NCBI RefSeq assembly: GCF_000284455.1
Contig: NC_017039.1
Coordinates: forward strand, 2,190,001-2,222,000
Length of the DNA: 32,000 bases
Direction of reading: 5' to 3'
From: Synechocystis sp. PCC 6803 substr. PCC-P
GTDB taxonomy: Bacteria > Cyanobacteriota > Cyanobacteriia > Cyanobacteriales > Microcystaceae
This document shows positions 30,724 through 32,000 of this stretch, one piece after another. The position numbers and the translations under genes are program-made. Every line of letters starts with the position of its first letter. Within the stretch, counting starts at the first letter, position 1. Under the pieces are notes generated by a model. The model was not told the origin of the DNA and searched no databases. It saw nothing but the letters and a program-made list of their open reading frames with translations.

Positions 30724-31641
30724 GTGAAAATTCTATGGTACTTAATGACACGTAATTCCTCTAAAGGCTTTACACTACTCGAGTTACTGTTGGCCTCAAT
30801 CATGACTTTTTTTGTGGTCAGTGCTACGGGCTATGCCATTTTAGTTATGACCAGGGAAAATATATCTTCTGACGTGTCCAGTGATTTGAGATTTAATACC
30901 GATAGGGCAACAGATTTCATAGCAGACGAAATAAGACAGGCCAACTTTTTGTCAACGAATACAGCTAACATACCGACAAATACAGGCACAGGTATAGAAA
31001 GTTGTGCAATGCAGACTGGTGAGCAATTTGTGATGGGATTAGCGGTTAGTTCTTCAGACGTAAACGTAGTTTATTACACAAAAACTCCTCCGGGCGGTGT
31101 ATGGTTAGGGCCCAGTTCAATTTATCGTTGCGGGCCCTCATTGACTTCTAGTGGGCAGTTGGGATCGGGCAGAATCAGAAGTATTCTTGTTGATTCCATA
31201 TCCACTGCGGCCGGCGCAACAACACCAACCTGCCCGTCTGGAACAACAAAAAGACCGACGACTCCTACCGCTGGCTTTTTTCTTTGTGTGGACAATAGTA
31301 ACCAAAATTTAGTTCAACTACGATTAACGGCGGCATCTGACGAACTTGCTAATCGAGGGATGACAACAACTGGAGGTCAAGGCCGATTTGATAGTAAAGC
31401 TACCTACTCAGTTGTAACTACTGCTTTTACAAGAGCGGCATCTGATATTGCAACTTTAAATGAAAGTGGAACATGCACAGGCGTTACAGTGGCGGTTGAT
31501 GGGAGAGCTGCTATACCTTTTTCTAGTGGAATGAGTGTGGTGGCAACATCTAGTAGCACAATGGTTTTTAGTCCTGGCACATGGACAAAAACAGGTAATA
31601 GCTATACCAGTGGAGGTTGTACAATTAATGCAGTCTTTTAA
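30724..31641 (+). CDS. Type IV minor pilin, PilW-like
   Basis: SKG|FTLLELLLASIMTFFVVSATGYAIL with Glu+5; ISSDVSSDLRFNTDRATDFIADEIRQANF as in PilW-like proteins. Confidence 0.87.
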   Translation: MKILWYLMTRNSSKGFTLLELLLASIMTFFVVSATGYAILVMTRENISSDVSSDLRFNTDRATDFIADEIRQANFLSTNTANIPTNTGTGIESCAMQTGEQFVMGLAVSSSDVNVVYYTKTPPGGVWLGPSSIYRCGPSLTSSGQLGSGRIRSILVDSISTAAGATTPTCPSGTTKRPTTPTAGFFLCVDNSNQNLVQLRLTAASDELANRGMTTTGGQGRFDSKATYSVVTTAFTRAASDIATLNESGTCTGVTVAVDGRAAIPFSSGMSVVATSSSTMVFSPGTWTKTGNSYTSGGCTINAVF

Positions 31642-31698
31642 AGCAAAAATGGTAGCTTAAAATTATCTCTTTCCTAAATTATTGTCAGCAAAACTATA

Positions 31699-32000
31699 GT
31701 GAAACAGACCGTGTTATTCATTCCTGGATTTGCTGGAACCCCGGCCATGTGGGACTATCCCATAACTAATCTCGAGGATATTATCGATGCCCAAAGCTTG
31801 GTAATGGAAGGAGATTCGCTGCAGGCAATGGTGGATTTAGTTGTTAACAGCAACACACTGCCCGATAAATTTGCCCTGGTTGGCCATTCCATGGGGTCTT
31901 GGGTGGGAGCCGCCACCGCTGCCCTGCACCCAGAAAGAATTACTAAACTAGTGCTGATGGACGGTTGGGCTAGAAATAATGCTGCTAAAGCTGAAGAAAT
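31699..32000 (+). CDS. Alpha/beta hydrolase, 5' part (runs off the window)
   Basis: GTG at 31699: VKQTVLFIPGFAGTPAMWDYPITNL...DKFALVGHSMGSWVGAATAALHPERITKLVLMDGWARNN; nucleophile elbow GHSMG. Confidence 0.85.
   Translation, partial: MKQTVLFIPGFAGTPAMWDYPITNLEDIIDAQSLVMEGDSLQAMVDLVVNSNTLPDKFALVGHSMGSWVGAATAALHPERITKLVLMDGWARNNAAKAEE

Overview
Ordinary cyanobacterial chromosome. Gene content and order look like Synechocystis sp. PCC 6803; this comes from memory and no database search was run. Left to right: 5' part of frr, then pyrH, a small HicA/HicB-type pair, clpB (ClpB2-like), an LRAT/NlpC-like small protein, an RND efflux pump plus adaptor, pilT and an intact pilC, clpR (catalytically dead) and clpP, aminopeptidase P, MTA phosphorylase, two small proteins, a decayed IS5-family element, a BciB-type divinyl reductase, a serine beta-lactamase-like protein, cobD/cbiB, prfB with its +1 programmed frameshift, a small hypothetical, a CLC-CBS-USP protein, a Rossmann/SLOG-like protein, a DUF58 protein, four minor-pilin genes, and the start of an alpha/beta hydrolase. 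I see no CRISPR array, prophage, rRNA/tRNA, or convincing new multi-gene system. The most useful second looks are: a CRP-like palindrome placed as expected for a class II activator site upstream of the minor-pilin cluster; a CLC protein whose gating glutamate motif reads GRRAP instead of GREGP; the prfB frameshift site; the IS5 copy with three separable lesions; the LRAT-like protein next to clpB; and the hicAB-like pair.
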